This document shows positions 49,753 to 63,790 of a stretch of DNA of 64,000 nt, piece after piece; position 1 is the first letter of the stretch; each line of letters starts with the position of its first letter. A program made the position numbers and the translations under genes. The stretch covers positions 22,258,001 to 22,322,000 of the forward strand of contig NC_043000.1 of the NCBI RefSeq assembly GCF_006345805.1, given 5' to 3'. Below the pieces are notes generated by a model. The model was not told the DNA's origin. It ran no database searches and saw only the letters and a list, made by a program, of their open reading frames with translations. The stretch comes from Octopus sinensis (lineage: Eukaryota).

Positions 49753-49797
<45 letters not shown>

Positions 49798-50668
49798 AGT
49801 ATATCAGTGTATGTGTAAGAAACAATTGAAATGAAAATAGTGTACCTGATTTATAATGCATATATGTACACGCAGACTTGGAATGGTGCCTGCTGTGTGC
49901 TTTAGTCTGGGTGAACGACTTCTCCAAAGACACTTTGTCTGTTAAAAATACAACATGCTTCAAAAGATGCCAGCAGGCTTTCAGATATTTGGAACCTTTA
50001 ACATCCAGTTCTGAGAGGAAAGATTTTTGGTATTTTCTACAAATGGCATGATGGTATCGTTAAAAATTTCACTTACCAAACACTTGGCTATGAGTTCAGT
50101 CCCACTGCATGGCACCTTACGCAAGTGTCTTCTACTATAGTCCCAGCCTTGTGGGTGGATTTAGTAGACAGAAACTGAAAGAAGCTTAACCCCCACTGCT
50201 GCCATCCACTACTGCCATCCACTACTGCTCCTTCTACCTTGGACACCTCCTCATCACTGCCTATCTCCTTGGAGACACCTCTAATTCATTCTGATTCTCT
50301 CTCTCTCTCTCTCCTAAACATGAGTAGCCATGTAGCTTCTCTACAATAAGAACCTGCCCTATCCCAATCTCTTCCCTGATACCTTAACCCCCATCTAACA
50401 TATGGATGCAGCATTCTCCCTCCCTTGGGTTTGCTCACTTGCAAGCTAAATGGAAACCTCAATAGTACAGGTGGCCTGAAAAAAAAACCACCCAGCACAC
50501 ACTGTAAAGGGGTTGATGTTAGGAAGGGCATAGAAAACAGTGGAGTTTAATGTAATCCTTAATTCACTAGGCCCATGTCAAGTCATCCAACCCATACTGG
50601 CATGGAACATGGATATTAACGATGATGATGATGATGATGATGATGGTGATGGTGATAATGACACACAC

Positions 50669-50701
<33 letters not shown>

Positions 50702-50740
50702 TGTATGTGTGTGTGTATGTATGTATATGTGTGTGTGTAT

Positions 50741-50972
50741 AAGGCGATGAGCTGGCAGAATCGTTAGCACGACGGGCGAAATACTTAGCGGTATTTCGTC
50801 TGTCATTACATTCTGAGTTCAAATTCCGCTGAGGTCGACTTTGCCTTTCATCCTTTCAGGGTCGATAAACAAAGTACCAGTTTTGCACTGGGGTCGATGT
50901 AATCAACTTAATCCCTTTGTCTGTCCTTGTTTGTCCCCTCTATGTTTAGCCCCTTGTGGGTAATAAAGAAAT
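50741..50972 (+). mobile_element. SINE family A, full length
   Basis: Family A motifs. Confidence 0.9.
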
Positions 50973-52186
50973 ATATTTATGTGTGTGTGTATGTATGAAT
51001 TAACTCAGCTGTAGAAATGAGTTGCGATGTCACTGGTGCCAAGCTGTATCAGGCCCCTTTGCCTTTCCCTTGGATAACATCTGTGGTGTGGAGAGGGGAG
51101 GCTGGTATGCATGGGCGACTGCTGTCCTTCCACAAACAACCTTGCCCAGACTTGTATGCCTCGGAGTGTAACTTTCTAGGTGCAATCCCTTGGTTATTCA
51201 TGACCGAAGGGGGTCTCCTCATGAATGAGCATGGGAGTTCACATTTCCCTCATCTACACATGTTTGTTTAATAATTGTAAACAAGGGCTTCATTAATGGT
51301 GTCATTTGTTTGCTGTCTGCTGTGAAAGCATGCTCGAGCCATTTGTTGTTCAATATCCCAGGATTATCACCCCACTTGCAAACAAACGAAGGCTGGTGAC
51401 AGGAAGAGCATCTAGCCACAAAAAACTCTGACCCAACATACTTACACCTGACCCATACAAGCATAGTAAAGTAGACATCAAAACGATGATGATGGTACAT
51501 ATATATTTCTCCATGAATTTTGAGATATATTTAGTTCAAATTTCGTTTTGGATTTGGTTTGCAAGATTCTTTATATGAGTTTGTGTGTTGAAGCATATTC
51601 TGTTGTGTCTGGGGAGAGTCATTTTCTTTTTGTGACTTATAATGTAACACACTCACCGGTAAAATTTCCACTTTTTTCTTATTTTTATTGTCCTAAAATT
51701 TTTGTTGTGTCTTGCAACCTTTTCAATAGTTTTGACTCAGATAACTTCAGATTAAAAAAGATTTATAGATATTATATATGAGATGTTGATGGATGTTACC
51801 AATAACATTAATTATGGAACTGACCTTATTCTATTTTCATTTTTTTTCATTGAAGTTGCTTTAGCCTCAATCCATATTCAGAAGCCATATTTCTCTCTTA
51901 ATTGCTTCTACATATATGCTATCAGCGAATAAATTTATTCAAACTTATAAAGTTAAACTGTTTCTGGAAACCAGTTAGCAGTTCTGACTTCCTCTTCAAT
52001 GTTAAAAGCACTTTAGTGTAAGGCAGCACCTAACCTAGAAGGTCAGATTAGCTCAATAATGGAGCATTCATACAGAAGAATTTAGAATAAATCTTGTATT
52101 TAACCCTACAGTTAGTTGCTGCTCTACATAGCACTGTCATAGTGAGGGAAGGACAGCAAGGCGAGGAAGATTTATACATTGTTACT

Positions 52187-52243
<57 letters not shown>

Positions 52244-52759
52244 TTATTTATATTCAAATATTTACTCATCCTCTAGTGCATCATCGTTATCACCATCTCC
52301 ATCACTGTCATTGTCATCATCATCATTACTATTATTATTTACTTGAAAGTCTTTCTCAAATGACAAAATTGATTTTGATTTACAGCAGGAGAAAGGATAA
52401 GGTTCTGTCTCAGTAATATTTTCATAACCATGTTTATAAATAGCAAAAGAGGGACGGGATGAGAACGTCTTCCTTTTATCCACTATTGGAACAGGATGTT
52501 AACAACAGAGCAATCAATAGATAACATTAGAAAAAAAAAAAGGAAAAGAAGAAACCAATAAAATTAAAAACCCACGTTTTCTTTTTTTTTTTTTATTGAT
52601 GCCTCTTGATCTGAAGCAGTGGTACTCAGCCAGAGTCCATATGACCTTTGGGGGTCCTTGTAAGAGTTTGTTTTTAAAATTTATGCGCAATAAATCAGTT
52701 ATGCTTCAACACACAAAATATTAAAATTTTTTTGTATACAATTTCATTTATGTATTTGG

Positions 52760-53121
52760 GTATGTTAAACACACCATTTGAGTGTGATCGTTACCGTGTC
52801 GCCTTACTGGCACTTGTGCTGGTGGCACGTGAAACATTTGAGCGAGGCTCCTGTGCAGGTGGCACATAAAAAGTACCATTTGGGCGTGGCCGTTGCCAGT
52901 ACCACCAAACTGGCCCTCATGCTGGTGGCACGTAAAAGCATTCACTACACTCTCAGAGTGGTTGGCGTTAGGAAGGGCATCCAGCTGTAGAAACTCTGCC
53001 AAATCAAGATTGGAGTCTGGTTCGCCAGCCCTCAGTCAAATCATCCAACCCATGCTAGCATGGAAAACAGACGTTAAATGATGATGATGATGATGATGTT
53101 TGCAAGATTTTTGATGTGAAG

Positions 53122-53153
<32 letters not shown>

Positions 53154-53362
53154 GTTTAACGTCCGTTCTCCATGCTAGCATGGGTTGGACGGTTCGACCA
53201 GGTATCTGGCAATGTTTCTACAGCTGGATGCCCTTCCTAACGCCAACCACTCCGTGAGTGTAGTGGGTGCTTTTTACGTGCCACCTGCACAGGTGCCAGG
53301 CGAGGCTGGCAACGGCCACGGTCGGATTGGTGTATTTTATGTGCCACCGGCACAGAAGCCAT
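52760..53362. mobile_element. Two RTE 3'-UTR fragments arranged tail-to-tail (52760-53098 plus; 53123-53362 minus)
   Basis: (GAT)n and (ATC)n tails face each other across about 24 bp. Confidence 0.88.
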
Positions 53363-54923
53363 GTGTTGAAATAATGTGAGAGTCATAATGCCAATAATAA
53401 TAACACATGTACAGGTTCGATTCCACTTCTTTATTGTTAGCCAATTGGTTAAATATCTAATCAACTTATTAATTGATTGTTTGTTTGATGTGTGAGCTAA
53501 ACAATCAATTAGTCATTTGTTTGTCGGTCAAAGTTCTTTCGTTGCTGTTCACAGTGACCAGACCTTGGAGTGAGTAGGATGCCATGGATCGCTGAAAAAG
53601 TTGCAAACCGCAATGAAAGAAATTTATCAGGCAAACATACAACCAATTGATTGTTTAACCACCACATTAAACAAACTATCAATTAGTCAGTTGGTCAGGC
53701 ATTTAACTAATTAACTAACAATAAAAAAATGTAATGTATAAAAATGTTTTATTGGTGATTAATGTACAGGTTTAAGTTGCGCTTATATAAAACCCTAGTA
53801 AAGACCCACAGTAGTTCAAACATTTAATACTGGTATTTAATTAAGTATCTATTGATTGCCATGGTAATGATGCAAACTGCCAATACAAACAGCAGAATGA
53901 ACTATTTAGTGCAAAACTATTAAGCACAATTTGTGTGTATTTAAGCCAGCAGCACCTAGTCGAACAAACACTTCCGCGCATGCATAATACAATAATGGTG
54001 ATGTTCTTAACTGTTATATGGGAATGTATATATGTTTGTAAATTGTTTTTGTTATATGTTATTCTGTGTTCTGAATACTTTTATTTTAATAAATGTTGCT
54101 TACTGCAAGTTATGGATGATTCTTTTATGACTTCATTGCTTTCAGGCTTAGCTTAAGGTATTTTTGCGCCCGACATCACAAAATGCATCTGAATAAACAT
54201 TGCCGGACAGCAAATAGAGACTCGGACATTGCTTAGAAAATATTTTTCATTTTTAACCTCTTATATAGTACACACTAGGGATTTTGACCTTTAAATTTTG
54301 GGAAAAAGTTGTGGATTATACTCGAGGATTTACGGTAAAGGGTTAACATACCAGTACAGAATTTATAGTTTACTATGTAGTACTGTGGAACCATTAATCG
54401 AGACATATTTTTTCTTGCTCTGTTTTTATGCCTCACTCCTGTTTTGTTCTTCATTCTTTCTTCTAAAGGCTCAAAATGACAAAAACTCTTCCATTATTTC
54501 TGTTTATTTCTACTATTTTGAACTAAATATGATACAGTGCTGTCAGCAGTTGTAAGTTGTGAAAGGGTTAAAAGGTTAATAACACAGTTTACTGTTGGTA
54601 TAGTTGCATTTTTGTCATAGCAATTTCTTGGTTGTGTCAGTAACAGTGAAGCATGCATAGGCTGAACGTGCTGGAAACCAGATTTACAATTAGAATATAA
54701 CTATATATAGACATAACTGTTACATGAAGAACAGGAAAATGTAGTGTAGACATCTAGAGTGGACACTTTAGAATGGAAAGACAGGAAAAGATAGAGAAGG
54801 AGAGAATAAGGAGAGGCTCGCAAATAATGTATGGACAACAAGGAAACATTAATTGAATGAAAGACAGAAATAACATTACTAAAATGACTACAAAAAAAAA
54901 AACTGGTTCAACATTACAACAGA

Positions 54924-55799
54924 CTAGGTCTGATCAATAAGTATCCGGACTATTGCCATAGTAACGAAGTTAAAGCATGCAGAGTGAAGCTGCTTGGCAC
55001 AGATTGACCTTGGACTCTGCTGTGCACGTACACTAAGTTTTAATGTTCTAGCTCACTTCTGCTATTTACAGCAGTGCTTGGAAGGAAGGGGTGTAACGTG
55101 TGACAGTCACATTAACCATGACAGAGAAAGTTGTTATAGCAATACCTGCTCAGAGGCCTATATGAAGTTGCAGAAAGTGTATGGACAGGAGCCACACACA
55201 AGTGTCTGAGTGGTTCAGATGTTTCCAAGATGGTTGAAAAAATGTCAATATTGACGAACATTCTGGGAGACCTGCAACCAGTAGAACTGAGAAAAACATT
55301 GCAGATGTGCGTGCAGCTGTGAGGGGAAATCGTTGAATCACCATCTGTGAGTTATCAGAGGATGTGCAGATTAGTTACAGTTCAGTTCAGTCCATTATCA
55401 CTGAAGATTTGGGTATGAGACACATGTCTGCCAAGTTTGTGCCAAAACTGCTTTCAGCTGACGAAAAAAGACACTTGGGTTTCAGTTGCACAAGAACTCC
55501 TTAATTATATTGATAACAATGAAAACTTTTTGAAAACTTTGCAAAGGCCTCTGAGCAGGTATCACCAAACTTTTGGCAAAATTTGATGCTGATTCTCTAC
55601 TCAACTTTCTCTGTCATAATCACACGCTACACACCTTCCTTCCAAGTACTGCAGTAAACAGCAGAAGTGAGCTAGAATGTTAAAACTTAGTGCACTTGCA
55701 CAGCAGATTTCAAGGTCAATCTGTGCCAAGCGACTTTACTCTGTGTGCTTTAGCTTTATTACAATGGCAACAGTCCGGATACTTATTGATCGGACTAAG
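54924..55799 (+). mobile_element. Internally deleted mariner element: long TIRs and transposase N-terminal relic
   Basis: TIRs gtctgatcaataagtatccggac / gtccggatacttattgatcggac extend about 180 bp; SEAYMKLQKVYG, DEHSGRPATSRT, ITEDLGMRHMSAKFVPKLL; the catalytic domain is absent. Confidence 0.9.
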
Positions 55800-56149
55800 T
55801 ACATTTCAAATTCTTTAAAAAAACACTCCCTAATTTGAAGGATTCCTTAACTGGTTCATGTAGGAATGATGGTATATCTATCATATACATGTGTGAATAT
55901 ATATGTGTGCAACATACTATGGTTATTATACTGTACCCCTTGTATTTAGTTGGTTTATGATAAATAATATGATGTAATCTCAGAACAAACTGAAATATAG
56001 ATACTAGCATGGGTGTGTGGTAAGATGTTTGCTTTCCAACCACATAGTTCTGGGTTCAGTCCCACTACATGGCACCTTAGGTAAGTGTCTACTTTAGCCA
56101 ACCAAAGTTATGTGAGTGGATTTAGTAGACAGAAACTGAAAGAAGCCCG

Positions 56150-56192
<43 letters not shown>

Positions 56193-56244
56193 TGATTTTT
56201 TTTTCCTCCGTATTCCTTTTCTCTTGGACTTTCTTCTGACTCCT

Positions 56245-56279
56245 GTTTCTGACAAGGAGCTTTGCTCGAAATGTAAAAC
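56245..56279 (+). ncRNA. Degenerate hammerhead motif in a PLE-like fragment (about 56190-56365)
   Basis: GUUU-CUGAC[A]A-G-GAGC-UUU-GCUC-GAAA-[U]G-UA^AAAC; two CpG-type transitions would restore the consensus. Confidence 0.5.
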
Positions 56280-56379
56280 TACTTTTCTTTCCTTCCCTGA
56301 GTGTCTGCTAATACTTTGCATGTACCCCGTCCTCACGTTGTTGTTATTTTTTTGTCGTCTTTTCCCTCATGTTTTGGAT

Positions 56380-56417
<38 letters not shown>

Positions 56418-56868
56418 CACACACACACGTACACACGCACACACACACACATACACACGCACACACACACACACACATTGCTGGTTTCTTCTTTTCGCTC
56501 TATTTGTGAAATAGCCAAGAAAACTCTGGGGTCACATGGCTGAATTCAGGTCTTAAGAAGGGATAAAAAAATACTCTCTCCATTGGTTAAATCTTTTTAG
56601 CAAGCAAGCTTGGGTGTGTGGTAAAAAGTTTGCTTCCCAACCACATGGTTCCAGGTTCAGTCTTCTATTAGTGTCTTCTACTATAACCTTGGGCTGACTA
56701 AAACCTTGCAAGTGAACTTGATAGAGGGAAACTGAAAAAACCCACTGTATATATATATATATATATACATATGAAAGAAAGAATGTGTTTTTTACAACCA
56801 TCCTGCATTCTGAACCATTTTTTCTGTCATATGTATTAAATCTGTACATCACCATCAATACTTCTAAC

Positions 56869-56907
<39 letters not shown>

Positions 56908-57723
56908 TGTGTGTGTGTCTTTGTGTCTGTGCCTGTCCTTCACTAATGCTTGACAACCAGCATTGGTGTGTTTACGTTCCCGTAACTTAGCAGTTCGGCA
57001 CGAGACACCAAAAGAATAAGCACCAGGCTTTAAGAAAAGTACTGGGATAAATTCATTAGGCTAAAAGATTATTTAAGGTGGTGCCCCAGCATGGCCACAA
57101 TCTACTGATTGAAACAAATTCAAGATAAATGATAAAATGTGTACTCTTTGGTATCAAATCATCATATGAAATATATCAGAAAGCAACAAAACAAAACAAA
57201 CTTGTATATTGACTAAATATGAATTTCGCGTCTAAATTTGTTCGACTATGAGGAAAGCCTCAGGAAATCTTCTGAATAGGCAAGTTTTTGATCTCTGCTG
57301 CACAGGACTGTAAAAGCATCAGCACTTCAAGAGAAAAAACCTTGACAATGTGTCTCTGATGTCTTAACATGACTGGAAGGCAAACAGTAAAATAAATGCT
57401 TCCTCTGTCTTTTTCTTTCTTGGCCACTCATTCGCTTTTTGCTTTGTCTCTCATTTTGATGCTCACAAAGAAAATTTGAATGAAAGCAAGCAGTAAAAAA
57501 TTTGCTTTTCTTTGCTTTTCTTTACTAAGAAATGAAGGAATGCGACATAAAAGTAAATATGACTACAATTAATCTAGTGAAATTTATCAATAATCGATTA
57601 TATATTACACAAAAATTATTTATCGTGGAAAAATAGTAAGGCATGAAGTGCATGTGTTGCAAACACAGCCCTTTCGCCCCTGGTATGTATATATATGTAT
57701 GTATATATATATATATATATATA

Positions 57724-58295
57724 TCAACCCATGCCAGCATGGAAAGTGGACATTAAAAGATGATGATAATGATATATATATATATATATATCATCATCAT
57801 CGTCGTTTGACGTCCGTTCTCCATGCTAGCATGGGTTGGACGGTTCGACCGGGGTTCTGGGAAGCCAGAAGGCTGCACCAGGCTCCAGTCTAATTTGGCA
57901 ATGTTTCTACAGCTGGATGCCCTTCCTAACGCCAACCACTCCGTGAGTGTAGTGGGTGCTTTTTACGTGCCACCTGCACAGGTGCCAGGCGGGGCTGGCA
58001 ACGGCCACGGTCAGATTGGTGTATTTTATGTGCCACCGGCACGGAAGCCAGTCGAGGCGGTGCTGGCATCGGCCACGAGTCGGATAGTGCTTTTTACGTA
58101 CCACCAGACCAGGGATCCTGGCTGGTTCAATTCGATTTCGATTTCGCTTGCCCCAACATGTCTTCACAAGCAAAGGGGGTTGGCAAGGGTGCCTGTCGTA
58201 CGGTCGCATTGGAGTATTTTACGTGCCACGGCCACGAGTCGGATAGTGCTTTTTACGTACCACCAGACCAGGGATCCTGGCTGGTTCAATTCGAT

Positions 58296-58297
<2 letters not shown>
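57724..58297. mobile_element. RTE 3' fragments tail-to-tail within (TA)n (57724-57773 plus; 57791-58297 minus, with an internal duplication)
   Basis: 3'-UTR modules; 58074-58140 is repeated at 58231-58297. Confidence 0.88.
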
Positions 58298-58351
<54 letters not shown>

Positions 58352-59384
58352 TATATATATATATATATATATATGGGTGTATGTGGGTGGGTGCACGTGT
58401 GCATGTGTGTTTGCGTATGTGTCTGAGTATTAGTACATGTATGAATGTATATGTGAACAACCATGTATATAAACATATAGGCCATTTCCTAAAGGTCAGC
58501 TAAGGACAATTGCATGTTTAACCAACCAGGAAGAACAAAACAACAATACAATCAGATGCCAATCCCTTTAAAACAGCAACCACTTTAACAATAGCAGAAT
58601 CACCATCCCACTACATCTATACATTGAAAACAGTTTGCCAACAGTTCTTCAGTACCTACACAAAGTGATAAACTCAGTGACAGCTACTAAGTTAAGGCCA
58701 CAACAGACAGAGAGGATGTTCTTGAAGTTGAGACTGTCAACTTATGGAGACAACATTTTCATATCATAAACATAACTAGAACTCATAATGCAGGGAAACA
58801 GTTACATAACCAAGTACCTGCATGCCTGAAGAACTATATTGCATGGAAACAATTGTAGTGTGTAAAAAAATACATGTCCAACCGTACTCCTTCTTCTTGA
58901 CTCCAATTTTTTAAAATTTTATATACATACATATATATAAGTATATATATATTCAAATGAATATAGTACTTAAGTTGAGGCACCAGAATTTAGTACGGTA
59001 TTATCCATACAATTTCAAAATAAGGTGATTATAATCAAAATAAGCAACAAGGATATCCAGAGGTAATGCAGTACAATCGTTTCAAGCAACTCCATTTAAT
59101 TGAACAATGCAATCATTATATCAATTTAAATGCAGAGCAATCCTCAGCTGCATAAAGACTTAGAATTTAATTAAATTAAAACAGATGGACACATTAGCAT
59201 AATTTTACCTAAAATCTCCAAGAAGGTACTAATCTCCAAGAAGGGACATGCTGCCTTCACCTCAGCTTAGAAGGCAGCATGTTCTTTGCCTATCTCCCTA
59301 GCTTCTTGGAGATTTTGGGTAAAATTATACTAATGTGTTTTAATTGATTAATATCAATTTCTACTCTTATTATTTAATTATATA

Positions 59385-59441
<57 letters not shown>

Positions 59442-59583
59442 ATATATATATATGATTGGTGTTAGGAAGAGCAGACTGGAATTTAGTGCCGCTCTCCAGC
59501 TTACTAGTTTCAGTCAAACCATCTAACCCATGCCAGAATGGAAAGCAGACATTAAATGATGATGATAAATATATATGTATGTA

Positions 59584-59642
<59 letters not shown>

Positions 59643-59999
59643 CTATTTGTGAGTGTCTTTGTATCACTGTTTGTCCCTCACTATCACTTGATGATTGGTG
59701 TAGGTGTATCTATGTCCTGTAACTTAGCAGTTCAGCAAAAGAAATTGATAAAATAAGTACAGGCTTAAAAGAAGAGCACTGGCGTCACTTTGTTTGACTA
59801 AAATTCCTCAAGGTAGTGCCCCAGCATGGTCACTGTCTAATGACTGAAACAAGTAAAAGATAAAAGTTATCATATCCTCATATCCAAGGTGTATGACTTA
59901 AGGTATGTTCCTTATTATCTTCCTCTGTTTCATAGTGTTATCCAAAGCTTGGGGATCTCAACAAAAACATTACCACCACAACCACCACCATCATCATCT

Positions 60000-60306
60000 G
60001 TGGAGGCACATGGCCTAGTGGTTAGAGTAGCAAACTCGTGGTCAAGGGGTCGTGGGTTCGAATCTCAGCCCGGGCGATGTGTGTGTTTATGAGCGAAACA
60101 TCTAAGCTCCACGCAGCTCCAGCAGAAGGTAATGGCAAACTTCTGCTGACTCTTTCGCCACAACTTTCTCTCACTCTTTCCTCCTCCTGCATCTTGCAGC
60201 TCAAATGCGACGGACTGGTGTCCCGTCCAGGTGGGGAACCTATACGCCAAGGAAACCAGGAAACCGGCCCTTATGAGCCAGACATGGCTCGAGAAGGAAC
60301 AAACAA
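60000..60306 (+). mobile_element. SINE family D, full length
   Basis: Matches 23344-23650. Confidence 0.92.
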
Positions 60307-61221
60307 CATCATCATCTGGATTTAGCTAGACTGAATTATTGCAATTTTCAGTTAATCTACATATTTCTTGTAATTCAGTGTCACCCACCTAGACTGTAAC
60401 ATTACCCAGTTTTTAAGGAGACATAAGTTCACAATAATGCGGAAACAATCGTTGTCATTGTTTATTTTAAATATAGTTTGTAATCTAATGAAAACGTGTT
60501 GCTGTTTCTAGAGTTAAACGAGAACTGAAGGCAAAGCTAGAAATGCTTTACCTTTGCTTTCTCATAACAGTCAATCACAAATACTACATGAAATAATAAT
60601 CTATATAACAGCAATATGGTTCTAGCTATGCTGCTACTTTCTAATAAACACCTTCTCTTATTTCATTAACTTACAGAAACAAACTGCTGAGAAATATCCT
60701 ATTTTATCATATATATCACTATTCATAGATAGCAGTCTTTTCTCATATATATATATATATATATGCATATATGTATGTATGTATGTAGGTATGTATTTCT
60801 CAATGTGTAAAATTCTGCAGTCTATGTTACGAAAATGTTTAACAATGCAAAGATGCTTTCAGATAGAGTATCAAACCCTTATCATGAGAACCTACTTCTA
60901 CAACCATGCAGTGCTGTACTTTTGAGATATCGACAATAATACAAATCCTCTTAGCTGTCACATTCTTACCTGAAGAGGGAAGATATCAGGGTAAAAATAT
61001 TGACAACCTAAAAACCAGTAATTTGGTCAAAGAGGGAGCTTATATGCTAGGAATAGGTGATTATTTTGGTATGAAGGACAAATTACAGGAATATATGTAT
61101 TTATGGGACACATCAGTGCTGAGAAAAATGAATTTTTTATTTTATATAATCATAGGTATGGAATTTGGGAGTTGCACTGTTTAACATGTCTTGAGCATGT
61201 ATTGAAACTGAAGTAGTTTAA

Positions 61222-61441
61222 CCCTTTAGTGTTCAGATCACTCTGTTCAATGTAATACTTTTCCACTCAAATTGTTTTGAATTAATCAAGCATTATCTCA
61301 TAGCTTTGAGGTTTCAATGATGTGATTGTTTATATTTAGAATGACATTGTCGGGTAGGTGTGAGAGGCTAGATATTGCCAGTTTGAATATAAAACATGTA
61401 GAATATCTGGGCCAGATATGGCCAGTTTAAACACTAAAGGG
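61222..61441. mobile_element. piggyBac-type MITE with TTAA TSD
   Basis: TTAA-ccctttagtgtt ... aacactaaaggg-TTAA. Confidence 0.9.
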
Positions 61442-61446
61442 TTAAG

Positions 61447-61676
61447 GAGGTGAGCTGGCAGAAACGTTAGCATCCCGGGTGAAATGCTTAACATTATTTC
61501 ATCTGCTGTTATGTTCTGAGTTCAAATTCCGCCGAGGTCGACTTTGCCTTTCATCCTTTTGGGGTCAATAAATTAAGTACCAGTTATGCACTGGGGTTGA
61601 TGTAATCGACTCAATCCCTTTGCCTGTCCTTGTTTGTCCCCTCTATGTTTAGCCCCTTGTGGGTAATAAAGAAATA
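61447..61676 (+). mobile_element. SINE family A, full length
   Basis: Family A motifs. Confidence 0.9.
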
Positions 61677-62630
61677 AGAAACTGAAGCAGTTACATTAAG
61701 GAAGAACTATTTTATCTATTTAATCACACACAAAGCTTTTAAATTTACTTTAAATTTAAATTTGTATCAATGACCAGGTCAGAGTTATGTGACAAAAATT
61801 TTGATACTCACTAAATAAAAATAAATTTGAAGTGAATTAAACAGTTCTGTATCAACCACAATTTCCTTCCCTCCTGATCCATTGTCTATATACTCCCTTA
61901 TACTCACTTTCTTGTACATTGAGAATGTGCTTTGGTACCCCATCATCAACATAATTATCTCCCTTCCAGCTAGTCTCACCCATCCTCATGTAATACAAAG
62001 TAGCCATGTATCTCCACCACAGCAAAACACCTGTGCTTGTCCCTCTATCATACTTCAGCCTTCAATACCTGACATAAATCTACCTCCTCATCTCTCAAAT
62101 ACCATCCCTCTCAGTTAAGGGGCTTTTTTCCTTTTCTTTGTCTTCCAAGTTACTTGATGGCCTCACTAGTGCCAGTATTACAAAAAAGCACCCACAACAC
62201 ACAGTAAAGTGGTTTGCATTAGGAAGGGCATAGAAACCACATAAAAGCTCACATTGGAGCTCAATGCAGCTCTATGGCTCAATGAATCCTGTCAAACCAT
62301 CCAACCCATGTCAGCATAGAATACAGACATTAAAAGATGATGACGACGATGTACCTATGCAACCACAATGTAGATGCACAGATGTGAAAATTATATTAAA
62401 CCAATGCTTTGTCTTAAAACTTAAATCATATTTTTTTATTTGCTTTTAGAGACATCATGAGCAGACATTTCAAATTTGAATCTGGGTGACTGGTTGCTTA
62501 ATTTGCTAGATGTATTATCTATCTTTTATATGTGTCAGCCATTGGACTACGGCCATGCTGGAGCACTGCCTGGAAGGGCTTAGTCAAACAAATCAGCTCC
62601 AGCATTGTTTTTAGAGTCTGAGGTTTATTA

Positions 62631-62667
<37 letters not shown>

Positions 62668-63609
62668 TAATAATAATAATAATAAGGAAATTATTATATA
62701 GTGCTCAGGTGCACCACAACTTGTCAAAAGTGCATATAAAGCATGTGCAGTAATGTACAAATGTCTGGAAAGTGAACAGTGTATGAGTCAGATACATGCT
62801 TGCATGTGTATGGAGGGGAGAAAATCAGGTGTAGTGTTGGCGAATCTCAGGAAGCATGGAAGTTTTGAAGTTATTCTACCAGTCTCTTTTGTCAAATTGC
62901 TAAGTTACAAGGATGTAAAATAAAAAACCAACACCTGTTGTATTCAAAAATTGCTATTTGTAACAAATCTAGTTTCTGAAATGCTGATACAGTTAGCATT
63001 TTACTAATTAGCACAAAATTCCAGTGTTGCTTAGGAAGTACCCTACTTTGATATCCAAGAAGGGTGTACGCACGGGTTCAGAATTGTTTATTCAGTGCAT
63101 GCAATGGTAAACAATTAGCACAGTAGTATCACTAGCAGACTGACGGGGAACTAGGATTTTAGATGTACCTGCTCAGGTAACCCACTACAAACTTTAGATG
63201 GTTTCTGTTACCTAGGTGACCTTATTATTTTTGTACTGAAAGTATAGTGACAAAAGTAAGAAGAAAATAGAAGTTTAGTAGCAAAAGAATGTTTTATTCT
63301 CAATGCAAAGGGCAGACAATATAAACTAAACTATATTTGGCTGCAGTTTCTAGCTTGTGATGCAACCTTATAGAGGCTCCCACCTAGTAAAACCACATAT
63401 ATGTATGGGCTTGTATGTGTGTATGTTGTATGTGTTGTAAAATATATATCAGTATGTAAATATACCACATCTGAAAACATCTGATAGAGAACTCTGTATG
63501 TTGGGTAGAGTGGACAGATATGTTTATTACACCCTTTCTGGTGTAATAGTCTACTTAAGTCTCGAGCACATGCATATGACTGAATATATTTCTGTGTGTG
63601 TGTGTGTGT

Positions 63610-63790
63610 ATTCTTTTACATGTTTCAGTCATTTGATTGCGGCCATGCTGGAGCACTGCCTTAAAGGGTTTTAGTTCAAGTTCAAGAAATTGACCCTAGG
63701 ACAATCTCCACACCAACATTGGTTGTCAAGCAATTGTGGGGGGACAAACTCAGATACAAAGACACACACACACATAAATATATACATCTA
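63610..63790 (-). mobile_element. SINE family B 3' part
   Basis: Tail motifs followed by (TACA)n. Confidence 0.8.

Noticed and set aside
51690-51735. Minus-strand UUGAAAAG-GUUG..CAAC-AAAA hammerhead-like shape in a repeat
   Set aside because: Three core positions deviate; cannot be supported without a family consensus.
60970-61007. 38-nt minus-strand exon candidate (TAG|...CAG|GTAAGA)
   Set aside because: The donor is good but the acceptor is weak, it is too short to assess and has no partner exons.
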